Under the pieces are notes generated by a model. That model did not search any database. It saw nothing but the letters and a program-made list of their open reading frames with translations, and was not told where the DNA came from. From Macrostomum lignano (lineage: Eukaryota), in contig NIVC01000340.1 in assembly GCA_002269645.1 (NCBI GenBank), forward strand, positions 186,001-250,000: 64,000 nt of DNA, in the 5' to 3' direction. Of the stretch, positions 1 to 20,361 are shown piece after piece; position 1 is the first letter of the stretch, and the number at the start of each line of letters is the position of its first letter. The translations under genes and the position numbers were made by a program.

Positions 1-243
1 TGGATGATTTGATTGATTGATTGATCGAGTGATTGATTGATTGAGTGGTGATAGTGGTGATTACTTGATTGATTGAGCGATTGATTGATTGATTGATTGA
101 CTGATTGAGCGATTGATTGAGTGATTGGTTGATTGATTGATTGATTGATTGACTGATTGAGCGATTGATTGATTGACTGATTGAGCGATTGATTAATTGA
201 GTGATTGATCGAGTGATTGATTGAATGATTGATTGAGCGATTG
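1..243. repeat. Degenerate (GATT)n microsatellite
   Basis: Visible gattgattgatt runs with gagt/gagc variants. Confidence 0.9.
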
Positions 244-914
244 TCGGCATTCTGCTTTTTGTTAAGACACCGTGTCAGTTTATTTTTGTCTGTGCATATC
301 TTAAATTTTGGGTTCCTTTTTCATGTAATCCTCAATCAAACAAGCTGTCTGAAATCCCTAGAACTATCCCTTTAACGGGTGGATATCTCAAGTCAGAACA
401 TAGTGAATATCAGAGACTGTCTCCAACTTAATTTAAGTTTGATGTTTTACAGTCATCGAATTTCTTATTAACCATTGGATCATTATTTTAGTTTGTTCCA
501 GACTGGCCTCCTGTATTTATTGATAGCAAAACCGCCTGACTCAAGTGGAATTTCGGTGAATTGCTTCGTTTACTGGTGTCTGGTGGGTTTTTGCAATTGC
601 AGTTTTAGTTTTTAGTAGTTGTTCAAGCCAAAAATGTGTCCCACCACAGTGCTTATGAATCAAGTATGCTATTTTTATTGTCATATCCAGCTAATAAGAA
701 GCGGGCAAAATGCTACTGCTGCTGCTGTAAGTAGTGCAGGCCGAATGCTCACTTTGTTTTTATCTTTCATGCAATTGCGCATTGCCAATACTGTGTGTGT
801 CCGCTCTTTTCAATTGCTTGAATATTTAACTATCGTTGTTTTCGTTCTTTCAAATTTTGTTTTGGTCATTGTTTTCCAATTGATTTTCACATTTGGTAAA
901 TGAGCAGCTTCATC

Positions 915-2392
915 TGGTAGATTGGTTGTTTTATCTAGTAGATTGATGTTTTTGCAATAAATAGCACATTTGTAGTTTTGTCTGTTTTATCTGGTAGGCT
1001 AGTAGGTCCATCTGGTAGATTAGTAGTCTGTCTGGTAGATTGGTAGATCTATATGGTAGATTGCTAGATCTGTCTGGTAGATTCGTAGTCTGTTATGTAG
1101 ATTGTTAGATTTTTCTGGTAGATTGGTAGATCTACATGTATATAGTAGTTTGGTAGATCTATCTGGTAGATTGGTAGTCTGTCAGGCAGATTGGTAGTCT
1201 GTCAGGCAGGTCGGTAGTCTGTCAGGCAGATCGGTAGTCTGTCAGGCAGATTGGTAGTCTGTCAGGCAGATCGGTAGTCTCAGGCAGATCGGTAGTCTGT
1301 CAGGCAGGTTTGTAGTCTGTCAGGTAGATTGGTAGATCTATCTGGTAAATTCGTAGTCTGTCAGGCAGATTGGTAGTCTGTCAGGTAGGTTTGTAGTCTG
1401 TCAGGCAGATCGGTAGTCTGTCAGGCAGATCGGTAGTCTGTCAGGCAGATTGGTAGTCTGTCAGGCAGATCGGTAGTCTCAGGCAGATCGGTAGTCTGTC
1501 AGGCAGGTTTGTAGTCTGTCAGGTAGATTGGTAGATCTATCTGGTAAATTCGTAGTCTGTCAGGCAGATTGGTAGTCTGTCATACAGATTGGTAGTCTGT
1601 CAGGTAGGTTTGTAGTCTGTCAGGCAGATCGGTAGTCTGTCAGGCAGATCGGTAGTCTGTCAGGCAGATTGGTAGTCTGTCATACAGATCGGTAGTCTGT
1701 CAGGCAGATTGGTAGTCTGTCAGGCAGATCGGTAGTCTGTCAGGCAGATCGGTAGTCTGTCAGGCAGATCGGTAGTCTGTCAGGCAGATCGGTAGTCTGT
1801 CAGGCAGATCGGTAGTCTGTCAGGCAGGTTTGTAGTCTGTCAGGTAGATTGGTAGATCTATCTGGTAAATTCGTAGTCTGTCAGGCAGATTGGTAGTCTG
1901 TTATACAGATTGGTAGTCTGTCAGGTAGGTTTGTAGTCTGTCAGGCAGATCGGTAGTCTGTCAGGCAGATCGGTAATCTGTCAGGCAGATTGGTAGTCTG
2001 TCATACAGATCGGTAGTCTGTCAGGCAGATTGGTAGTCTGTCAGGCAGATCGGTAGTCTGTCAGGCAGATTGGTAGTCTGTCAGGCAGATTGGTAGTCTG
2101 TCATACAGATTGGTAGTCTGTCAGGTAGGTTTGTAGTCTGTCATACAGATCGGTAGTCTGTCATACAGATTGGTAGTCTGTCAGGCAGATTGGTAGTCTG
2201 TCATACAGATCGGTAGTCTGTCAGGCAGATTGGTAGTCTGTCAGGCAGATCGGTAGTCTGTCAGGCAGATTGGTAGTCTGTCAGGCAGATCGGTAGTCTG
2301 TCATACAGATCGGTAGTCTGTCAGGCAGATTGGTAGTCTGTCAGGCAGATCGGTAGTCTGTCAGGCAGATTGGTAGATCTATCTGGTAGATT
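915..2392. repeat. 20-bp minisatellite (GGTAGTCTGTCAGGCAGATC/T)
   Basis: Period 20 is clear at 1741-1820; degenerate TCTGGTAGAT flanks. Confidence 0.92.
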
Positions 2393-3139
2393 TAAACTTG
2401 GTCCGATAGAACAATACGGATAATTTCTAATGCTCTGTTTTTTTTATTGTCCAGGAATAATCAAAATAAAGAATATAAAGAAAATACTTTTTGCACGAGG
2501 TTATGTAAGATGGCTGTCATATTTTTAAGCCTATGGTCTGGACTTAAAAATCACATATTTATGAAATTTAACTGTGCAATAACTGTGTACATCTCAATCC
2601 CTCTTTGAATTTCCCATTTTTGAGCGTGCCAATTAATATTTAATTAACGTTTTGCGCCTTCAAACTCCCTGACGTCCTGATAAGATAATTCCTGTTAAAT
2701 AGAAAAGCATTGTCAATATTTTCAGAGAGACGATATCCCGTATCTAATTAATATTTTGTTTGTCTTTAGAGTAATTTGTAAATTTGTACTTTTAAATTTG
2801 CTCTTTTCGGCATTTTCAGCTTGTTTTTTGTTTTTTTTCTGAAAACATTGGTTTCGGTAATGATTTATAGGTAATTTTTTGTAATTGTAAAAAATAGAAG
2901 TACATTTTGGCCAGCTAATATTTTTTCCATTAATAGTTTCTGTCTGCTGTGTCTGCCTGCGGCACAAAACGCTCCCTTGAAGATTTATTGTGTATGTGGT
3001 GTAACTAAAAGAATATATATTTATATTAATTACTAATATATAGGCTTTGTGCCGTTGTTGTTTCAGTTACATAGTGGCTACTAATTCAATATCCTTGAAT
3101 CCTTGTCGTTAATTAATATTAATTTTTTACCTCGAACCG

Positions 3140-3700
3140 TTCAATTTAATAAATAGCTTATCTGGTAGACAAGTTAGTTAACTGGTAGATATTTTACGAG
3201 TAGCTGGTAGATATTTGGTACTACCGACTGGTACTGGTAGATATTTGGTGGATAGTGTAGTTTATCTGTTAGATATTGCAGTTTATCTGGTAGATAGTGC
3301 AGCAAGGACTACTTAACAACTCAGGACGTTACACTCGCGATTGGTAGAAATTCTAGAAAAGGCCGCTTGCTTTAGCTGTTTTTATGGCTTTTCAATAAGC
3401 TGCCTTTTTGATAAAGAAGCAAGTGCTAACCTATCTAGTGGTAGGTGCTCATAAGTAGTAGTCCTTGTAGTGCAGTTTATCTGGTAGACATTTTAGCTTA
3501 TCTGGTAGACAGTGCAGCTTATCTGGTAGGTAGTGCAGTTTATCTGGTAGGTAGTGCAGTTTATCTGGTAGATAGTGCAGTTTATCTGGTAGACAATGTA
3601 GCTTCTCTGGTAGACAGGGTAGCTTATCTGGTAGACAGGGTAGCTTATCTGGTAGACAGGGTAGCTTATCTAGTAGATAGTGCAGCTTATCTGGTAGACA
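3140..3700. repeat. 21-bp minisatellite (GTGCAGTTTATCTGGTAGATA)
   Basis: 7-aa periodic ORFs (YLVDRVA) on both strands; the array is most regular at 3469-3700. Confidence 0.88.
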
Positions 3701-3910
3701 AAAACATTTTAAGTGTTTAAAACTTTTGTCGCAAACCAAAAACGTAAAAAAACAGGCAATAGTCATGTTTATTTCGCTATCGAATTGCCGTACAATTGCA
3801 TTGCATAGTTGCAGCAGCCATGTAGTACTGTGCGTGAAACTGTAGTGCCTAGCAGATTTAGAAATATACATACGTATAGATGTGAATCGGGCGAACGGTG
3901 CCTGCACCAG

Positions 3911-6900
3911 TCAGCGGTGTCTGCGCGCGGCGGCCAGAACCGCCCGTTGCACCGCGGGATCGACGCTGTCAAACACCGGCCTCATACTGTGCGGCGCCAC
4001 CAGCCGTCTGGCGGGATAGTTCTCGGCGAAAGCTCCCCAGTTGGCCTGAGTCACGCCAGTTCTTCCGCCGGATCTGACCATCAGCTCGGCGACAATCATC
4101 GCCGCCTCCTGGGCGATCCTGCTAGTCGTGAGGGTCTCCGCTCTGGACCAGTCTTGGGCGCCTTCTTCGCAGCTGCCGCCTGCGCACTGGCCAACGTCAA
4201 CTAGTCGAACCTGCAGCTGACAGTCTGCAGCCGCAGGCGGTGCGTTAGTTGGATTTGACGATGGGCCGGCCGCTCTGCCGCAGCCTTCGGGGCTGTTGCT
4301 GTTGGCTACGCCGGCTGTTGTTGAAGGCGCTTGCAGCACGAGGAAGGACAGGCGGGTCAGGCGGAACTGAGCGTGGCTGCTGTCCAGCACCTGCTGGCTG
4401 AGCGCCATCGCCAAGTAGGAGGCCACGGCGTCGAGCTGAGGGTAGACAACGGAGTTGAACCATGAGGCAGTGGCCGGCTCGGCTGTGCAGAGATAGTCCA
4501 ACAGTTGCTCCGGCAGCCAGCAGCAGCCGGGCGTTGATGAAGCTTTCGCTGTTGCTGCAGCTGTCGACGATGATGTTGTCGAAGTTCCCGAAGATCCCGA
4601 TGATTTACTCGGCTGAGGCGACTGCTGCTGGGAGATCCGGACTAGTCCTGCGGGGGATTGATTGGATTTGGGATATTTTGGGAAACCTAATAATTGCAGA
4701 TAGGTGATTTAAGAATCCCTAACGGAATATACCAATTACAGGTTACAGGGATCTCCATGAGCAAGTCCTTAAACAGAAATTCTTAGTCGGGAATCCTAAT
4801 TCAGAATCCCTCAATTCAACCAGGAATCCCCGATCGGGAATCCTAATTCAGAATCTCTCAATTCAACCAGGAATCCCCGATCGGGAATCCTAATTCAGAA
4901 TCTCTCAATTCAACCAGGAATCCCCGATCGGGAATCCTAATTCAGAATCTCTCAATTCAACCAGGAATCCCCGATCGGGAATCCTAATTCAGAATCTCTC
5001 AATTCAACCACGAATCCCCGATCGGGAATCCTAATTCAGAATCCCTCAATTCAACCAGGAATCCCCGATCGGGAATCCTAATTCAGAATCTCTCAATTCA
5101 ACCAGGAATCCCCGATCGGGAATCCTAATTCAAGAATCCCTCAATTCAACCAGGAATCCCCGATCGGGAATCCTAATTCAAGAATCCCTCAATTCAACCA
5201 GGAATCCCCGATCAGGAATCCTAATTCAAGAATCTCCCAATTGGGAACCCTCAATCGGGAATCCTAATTCAAAATCTCCCAACCGGGAGCCCCAATCGGG
5301 AATCTTACACTGTAATTTATTCAAGAATCTCCCAACCGGGAATTCCCAATCGGGAATCTTACACTGTAATTTATTCAAGAATCTCCCAACCGGGAATTCT
5401 CAATCGAGAATCCTAGTTCAAGAATCTCCCAACTGGGAATCCTAATTCAAGAATCTCCCTACCGGGAATCCTAATTCAAGAATCTCCCAACCGGGAGCCC
5501 CAATCCGGAAATCCTAATTCATTCAAGAATCTCCCAACCGGGAGCCCCAATCGCGAATCCTAATTCAAGAATCTCTCAACCGGGAATCCCCAATCGGGAA
5601 TCCTAATTGAGAATCTCCCAATCGGGAATCCTAATTGAGAATCTCCCAATCGGGAATCCTAATTGAGAATCTCCAAATCGGGAATCCCCAAAGTAGAATC
5701 CCCATGGGAACTCCGTAACCGGGAATTCTTAATCGGAAATTCTCAAATTAGATTCCCCCAAAACTTTGCCAACCGCGATGAAAGAAGCCGGCGCAGCCGA
5801 ACTCAATCCAGTTCCGCCGAGGCGCCAGCAGCAGGAAGGTGTCCAGCGTGAAGTCCCGACCAGTCAGGCGCACCCGCTGGCCGCTCGTTGGCCAAGCCTG
5901 CAGCAGCAGCAGCTGGTGACCGCCCCAGGCTGCGTCTCGGCCTACGCTGCCGCCGAATTTCTTTATTCGAATCGATTCAAGAGCTTCCAAACGTTTTCGA
6001 CCAGAGTTTTGATCCGGCTCAGGCCTGTAGTAGACGACAGACTTTGCTGGTGAGGCGTCAGCTGCCCGCTCTGGTCTCAGGTGGAAACAGCAATCGCCTT
6101 GGGCCTTTTGTTGTTTGTTGTTAGGATTTGAAGGCAGTTGCGAACGGTAAACATATAGATGACCTCATCTGACCTTAGATGACTTCATCTGACCCTAGAT
6201 TACTTCATCTGACCCTAGATGACCTCATCTGACCCTAGATTACTTCATCTGACCCTAGATGACTTCATCTGACCCCAGATTACTTCATCTGACCGTAGAT
6301 TACCTCATCTGACCCTAGATACCTCATCTGACCCTAGATACCTCATCTGACCCTAGATACCTCATCTGACCCTAGATACCTCATCTGACCCTAGATTACC
6401 TGACCCTAGATGACTTCATCTGACCCTAGATTACTTCATCTGACCCTAGATTACCTCATCTGACCCTAGATTACCTGACCCTAGATGACTTCATCTGACC
6501 CTAGATTATCTGACCCTAGATGACTTCATCTGACCCTAGATACCTCATCTGACCCTAGATTACCTGACCCTAGATGACTTCATCTGACCCTAGATGACTT
6601 CATCTGACCCTAGATTATCTGACCCTAGATGACTGCATCTGACCCTAGATGACTTCATCTGACCCTAGATGACTTCATCTGACCCTAGATGACTTCATCT
6701 GACCCTAGATGACTTCATCTGACCCTAGATGACTTCATCTAACCCTAGATGACTTCATCTGACCCTAGATGACTTCATCTGATCCTAGATGACTTCATCT
6801 GACCCTAGATGACTTCATCTGATCCTAGATGACTTCATCTGACCCTAGATGACTTTATCTGACCCTAGATGACTTCATCTGACCCTAGATGACTTCATCT

Positions 6901-9308
6901 GACCCTAGATGACTTCATCTGACCCTAGATGACTTCATCTGACCCTAGATGACTTCATCTGACCCTAGATGACTTCATCTGACCCTAGATGACTTCATCT
7001 GACCCTAGATGACTTCATCTGACCCTAGATGACTTCATCTGACCCTAGATGACTTCATCTGACCCTAGATGACTTCATCTGACCCTAGATGACTTCATCT
7101 GACCCTAGATGACTTCATCTGACCCTAGATGACTTCATCTGACCCTAGATGACTTCATCTGACCCTAGATGATTTCATCTGACAAAACTGTTTTACAGTG
7201 CCTCATCTAAGTTTGCATATGCTAATCAATGTTTCAAATGAGGTCACTTAATTTAAAAAGACATTGCTTGGCTTAAAAAAACACATCAACTTGCCCTGAT
7301 GCTCCAATTTGATCCTAGAGACTATAGTTAACTTCAAGCTTGTAAATAGCCCCAGCAGATCCTGTATTACACTAGCTGAGTTTAAATTACTTCACCTAAC
7401 CTTAAGGAGCTCACCTGATCCTGGAATCTTGTGTAATGTATGTCTGGTGGGGGCGTTTCCCCGATTAGTACTCATGCACTTTGTCTTTGTCCACTACTTG
7501 TATACTACACTACACCCTAAATTTAGTTCGTAAATGTAATGACCCTAAATGTTCCCAGCTGACCCGGAATGACTCCATGCAGTTTTTTTTAACCCCGGTT
7601 ACTGAAAATTGACCCTAAATGACCCTGGATGACCCTGGATAACCCACCCCGGTTGACCATTGACCCTGGATGATTCCGGTTGACCATTGACCCCAGATGA
7701 CCCTGGATGACCCCGGTTGACCATTGACCCTAAATGACCCTGGATGACCCCGGTTGACCATTGACCCTAGATAACCCTGGATGACCCCGGTTGACCATTG
7801 ACCCTGGATGACCCCAGTTGACCATTGACCCCAGATGACCCTGGATGACCCCGGTTGACCATTGACCCTTGATGACCCTGAATGACCCCAGTTGACCCAG
7901 CCTCACCTTAAGAAACAAGGCCAATCGCCGGCCCCAGACCTCGCCTAAATGCAGCGTAGGCAACAGAAAATCGGCGCTCTCCAACCCCCGACAAATCCGA
8001 TCGCCGCGCCGCATCTTGTTCCCCGCAGCCTGCTGGTCCGCGGCGCCGTCAGTCATCAACAACCGCATCCCGGCCAGCTGTTGGAGGCTTCGCTCGAACG
8101 ATTCCAAGGTTTCGCAGAGCTTCCAGTAGCTCGACACGCCGCCGACATTTCCGTCTTCGTCGGATTGTCGACAGCCCCAACAGACGACTCGGGCGGCGTG
8201 CTGGACAAAGTTCGGCTGTCGGCGCAGCGACAAGGCCGCCTCCGGGCCGAGCAGAAGCGGCGGCGGAAGCGACGGCGGCTGCAGCTGGCACTCTGGCGGG
8301 GGCGCTGGCGGTGGTTTGACAAATAAAAGTACAGCTGGTACTTGAATACAGTACCGATTTTTGGGGTCAATTGCAGGGTGTGAATATCTCGCAGAGTGAC
8401 ACTTGGCGATTGCTAATTTCAGGGTGTGAATCTCTCATGAAGTGACTCTTAGCGAGTGCTAATTTCAGGGTGTGAATCTCTCTTGTGGAGTGACTCCTAG
8501 CGAGTTCCGATTTCAGGGTGTGAATCTCTCATGGAGTGACTCCTAGCGAGTGATAATTTCAGGGTGTGAATCTCTCGTGGAGTGACTCCTAGCGAGTGCT
8601 AATTTCAGGGTATGAATCTCTCGTGGAGTGACTCTTAGCGAGTGCCAAATTTCGTTAGTGTGAATCTCTCTCGGAGTTACTCTCATTGAGTGCTGATATC
8701 AAGATGTGAAATTTGATCTCCGGGAGTGACTCTTATTAGTAAGTGCAAATTTTAGTGTGCGAATCGCTTTCAAAGTGACTCTCTCACGGAGTGCTTCTTA
8801 GACTTAGAGAGCTCAGATTCTGGAGTGATTCCTGTGATTCCTAATAGTGTGAATCTCTTGGTTAGAATGGCTCTTCCTGAATGCCGATATCATAGTTATT
8901 GCGAGTCCTTCGGGCGGATGGAGCGTCATATTACTCACCTGGCCTCTCCTGAGCAGCATCCGTCGCTGTCCAGCCCAGCTGTTTCAGTGTCCTGGCAAAC
9001 TGGCGGCACCAGACAGACTCCAGGTCGCCGGGAGTGAATCTGAAGCTGCACCAGCCCGTGGCGGCTGTCCGCTGCATCGCCGAGTCGGTGAAGAATTCGG
9101 CCAGTTTCTTGTCCATGGGGTAGGCCCCGACTGACAGCCACTCCTTGCACTTGGCTCGGCAATAGGCCGCCACATCTGCCAGCTCCTGCTGGTGCTGATT
9201 GAACTGGACACGGTGTCCGCATCGACCGGAGTTGCCAGGCAAAGATTGCTGTTTGCCTTCGTCCGCTGAGCTCACGGAGTCGCGGGTTTCGGTGGTTGAG
9301 ACTTCCAT
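3911..9308 (-). CDS. TTL/ATP-grasp-fold-like protein resembling the CPED1 N-terminal region, probably catalytically degenerate (~667 aa, 5 exons)
   Basis: Exons 9308-8939, 8334-7907, 7493-7415 (tentative), 6163-5774, 4647-3911; GT-AG sites give consistent phases (1,0,1,1), total 2004 nt. TTL-like motifs by eye: FARTLKQLGW, DFLLPTLHL, VVYYRP..SGR, LLLLQAW..LTGRDFTLDTFLLL, FRLTRLSFLV..VRLVDV, WGAFAENYP. AATAAA on the minus strand at 3768-3773. Confidence 0.65.
4790..5740. repeat. 47-bp intronic minisatellite (GGGAATCCTAATTCAGAATC...), degenerating rightwards
   Basis: GGGAATC recurs at 4836 and 4883 (period 47). Confidence 0.9.
6160..7182. repeat. 20-bp intronic minisatellite (GACCCTAGATGACTTCATCT)
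   Basis: Perfect period 20 at 6841-7160. Confidence 0.95.
7610..7897. repeat. 27-bp minisatellite (GACCCTGGATGACCCCGGTTGACCATT)
   Basis: Repeated units adjoining the exon 2 donor at 7906. Confidence 0.85.
8375..8860. repeat. ~46-bp degenerate minisatellite (CAGGGTGTGAATCTCTC...GAGTG)
   Basis: CAGGGT at 8420, 8466, 8514 and 8560. Confidence 0.85.
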
Positions 9309-9479
9309 ATGTATGAGTCTCTTTCCCTCGGGGTAATTTATAGTTTTTGTTTATTTATTAAAAACGATCAGTGCGACTTAAAAATTTAACCAATCGTTAG
9401 CTATATTAATTTTAAATAGATTATTTCATCTGGGTTATGGCCATAGACAAATTATGGGCACAGCTGTAGGTTCCACGCC

Positions 9480-9862
9480 TTAGGCAGAAGCATCTGAGCA
9501 CTCGCATTGCCGAGTGACACCTTAGACAAATTCATCTGAGCACTCTCATTGCTGAGTGACACCTTAGACAGAAGCATCTGAGCACTCTCATTGCCGAGTG
9601 ACACGTTAGACAGAAGCATCTGAGCACTCTCATTGCTGAGTGACAGCTTAGACAGAAGCATCTGAGCACTCGCATTGCCGAGTGACACCTTAGACAAATT
9701 CATCTGAGCACTCGCATTGCCGAGTGACACCTTAGACAAATTCATCTGAGCACTCTCATTGCTGAGTGACAGCTTAGACAGAAGCATCTGAGCACTCTCA
9801 TTGCTGAGTAACACCCTAGACAGAAGCATCTGAGCACTCGCATTGGCCGAGTGACACCTTAG
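9480..9862. repeat. 42-bp minisatellite (TTAGACAGAAGCATCTGAGCACTC...)
   Basis: 14-aa periodic ORF 9452-9868. Confidence 0.88.
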
Positions 9863-9969
9863 TGGCACCCATTTTACAGCTGGGTGAACTGAAGCAATGC
9901 AGAGTTAAGTGTCTTTCTCAAGGACACAAATTGTTCCGAGTGAGTCGAGAATCGAACCCCCGACCTTTC
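9863..9969 (-). mobile_element. Truncated CORE-type tRNA-SINE copy
   Basis: Reverse complement matches 16425-16530 with 2 mismatches in ~107 nt (B box plus CORE). Confidence 0.85.
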
Positions 9970-10221
9970 GAAATTTGTAGCGTGCAAGCTGTTATGATTT
10001 GGTGATAAAAAGCATATTTTGGTGTAATTTGTGACTAGCGTAATTAAACTGCGCATAAAATGTGAAATTATAAAATGACAACTAAATACGATATGATTCA
10101 TTTTATACCTTTCACGAACCAGAGAAAATTTGCCTGTTTATTTGTTCAACAACAAAATCGGCTTCCGATTTTGCGGCGTTTAAAAAGCACTAAAATAAAA
10201 AATTGCAACAGCTGCCAGACG

Positions 10222-17060
<6,839 letters not shown>

Positions 17061-17081
17061 AGACTCTGCAAACATTTAAAT

Positions 17082-17125
17082 CAGGGGTCGCAAAACTCCG
17101 GCCTCTCTATCCGGCCCTTCAGGCT
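17082..17125 (+). mobile_element. hAT/Charlie-like terminal fragment
   Basis: CAGGGGTCGCAAAACTCCGGCC resembles Charlie-type TIR starts; no partner end seen. Confidence 0.35.
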
Positions 17126-17181
17126 TGTTGAAACTTCTCAATAGAAATCCAGTCCGCTGGAATAGAAATAGAAATCAATAG

Positions 17182-18450
<1,269 letters not shown>

Positions 18451-19299
18451 TATATTATCAATCAAGGTAATTTATTTATCTCTCTTGCAGTGAATCAGTC
18501 CGTTAAATAAATCAAGCAATTTGATCAAGCTATACGAGAGGTTGTCTATCGTCTCTAATTCTGTATATTCGATTAGCTTTCTCCGCTAGTACATCTGCCT
18601 ACTGTAAGTAGCTGAGAAAAAATATTGTATGATCGATGATGCTTTAATAAAAACAGATTAGACGTGCATATAAAATCTACGAAGATGTAATTCAAGAATT
18701 TAAAACTAACAAATAAACTGATGTTTCGGTAGCTCAGAACCCTCACAAAAAGCCAACGTTAATTGCTGCAAATATAACGCGAATTCAGACTGCATCAAAT
18801 TTCTGCAAAACTGCGGCAACAGCTCACACGTATAACACCGAATATCGACTAGGTTTACTTTTAATATGTGAGATTTTGTACAGTTTTATTTAGTCGCAAA
18901 TAACTTAAAGCAAACCATTTTTATTATGCTAGTACGCTTAGCTCAAGCCTAAATTATTTCAATTGAGGACATTATCACAAAAACAAGCAGTGTATATTAC
19001 TTATATATGCAGCATATAAATAAGTAGCAGCTGCTGAGCATTATAAGTGCGAACAAAAAAACGGAAAAAATTGAGTACGTTAAAACAAAAGTGGTTTATT
19101 AAATATGAATAAAACGGATAGACAGATAGATAGGTACGAGTAATAATCTCTTATCAGGATTAACGCGACGACAGGTTAGCTAAGCGAGAAAGCTGCTGTG
19201 CAAATATTGTGCAAACTAATATTTCTAATGCAAGTACGTGAAGCACTTAAGCGAATTGGATCACAACGGGAAGTCCCTATGTTGCTCTGTCACTGAACT

Positions 19300-20245
19300 T
19301 CGGTGCCATTTCTACTAAACTCTGTGCCATTTCTACTGAATCTCAATGCCATTTCTACTGAATTTCAATGCCATTTCTACTGAATTCCAATGCCATTTCT
19401 ACTGAATTATGCCATTTCCACTGAATTTCAGTGCCATTTCTACTGAATCTCAATGCCATTTCTACTGAATCTCAATGCCATTTCTACTGAATTTCAATGC
19501 CATTTCTACTGAATTTCAATGCCATCTCTACTGAATTTCAGTGCCATTTCTACTGAAACTCAATGCCATCTCTACTGAATTTCAATGCCATTTCTACTGA
19601 AACTCAATGCCATTTCTACTGAAACTCAATGCCATTTCTACTGAATTTCAATGCCATTTCTACTGAATTTCAGTGCCATTTCTACTGAATCTCAATGCCA
19701 TTTCTACTGAATTCCAATGCCATTTCTACTGAATTCCAATGCTTTTTCTACTGAATCTTAATGCCACTAATTCTACTGAATCTCAATGCCATTTCTACTG
19801 AATCTCAATGCCATTTCTACTGAATTCCAATGCCATTTCTACTGAATCTCAATGCCATCTCTACTAAGTTCCAACGCCATCTCTACTGAATTTCAATGCC
19901 ATTTCTACTGAATTTCAATGCCATTTCTACTGAATTCGAGTGCCATTTCTACTGAATTTCAATGCCATTTCTACTGAATTTGAGTGCCATTTCTACTGAT
20001 TCTCAATGCCATTTCTACTGAATCTCAATGCCATTTCTACTGAATTCCAATGCCATCTCTACTGAATTTCAATGCCATTTCTACTGAATTCCAATGCCAT
20101 TTCTACTGAATGCCAATGCCATTTCTACTGAATTCCAATGCCATCTCTACTGAATTCCAATGCCATTTTTACTGAATTTCAATGCCATTTCTACTGAATT
20201 CCAATGCCATTTCTACTGAATTCGAGTGCCATCTCTACTGAATAT
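19300..20245. repeat. 22-bp minisatellite (CTACTGAATTTCAATGCCATTT)
   Basis: Period 22 at 19441-19490. Confidence 0.93.
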
Positions 20246-20361
20246 TAATGTCAAAATTCGCCAAAGTCATGCAAAGATGAGAGCAGACAGAAATTCACAG
20301 ACAGGTGCGCAGGTGAGGCTGCTGTAAACATTTCGCACTGTCAGTTTGAAGTAAGTCAGCC

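Noticed and set aside
619-2967. Short ORFs 619-903 and 2722-2967
   Set aside because: AT-rich, non-ATG starts, no motifs; consistent with chance.
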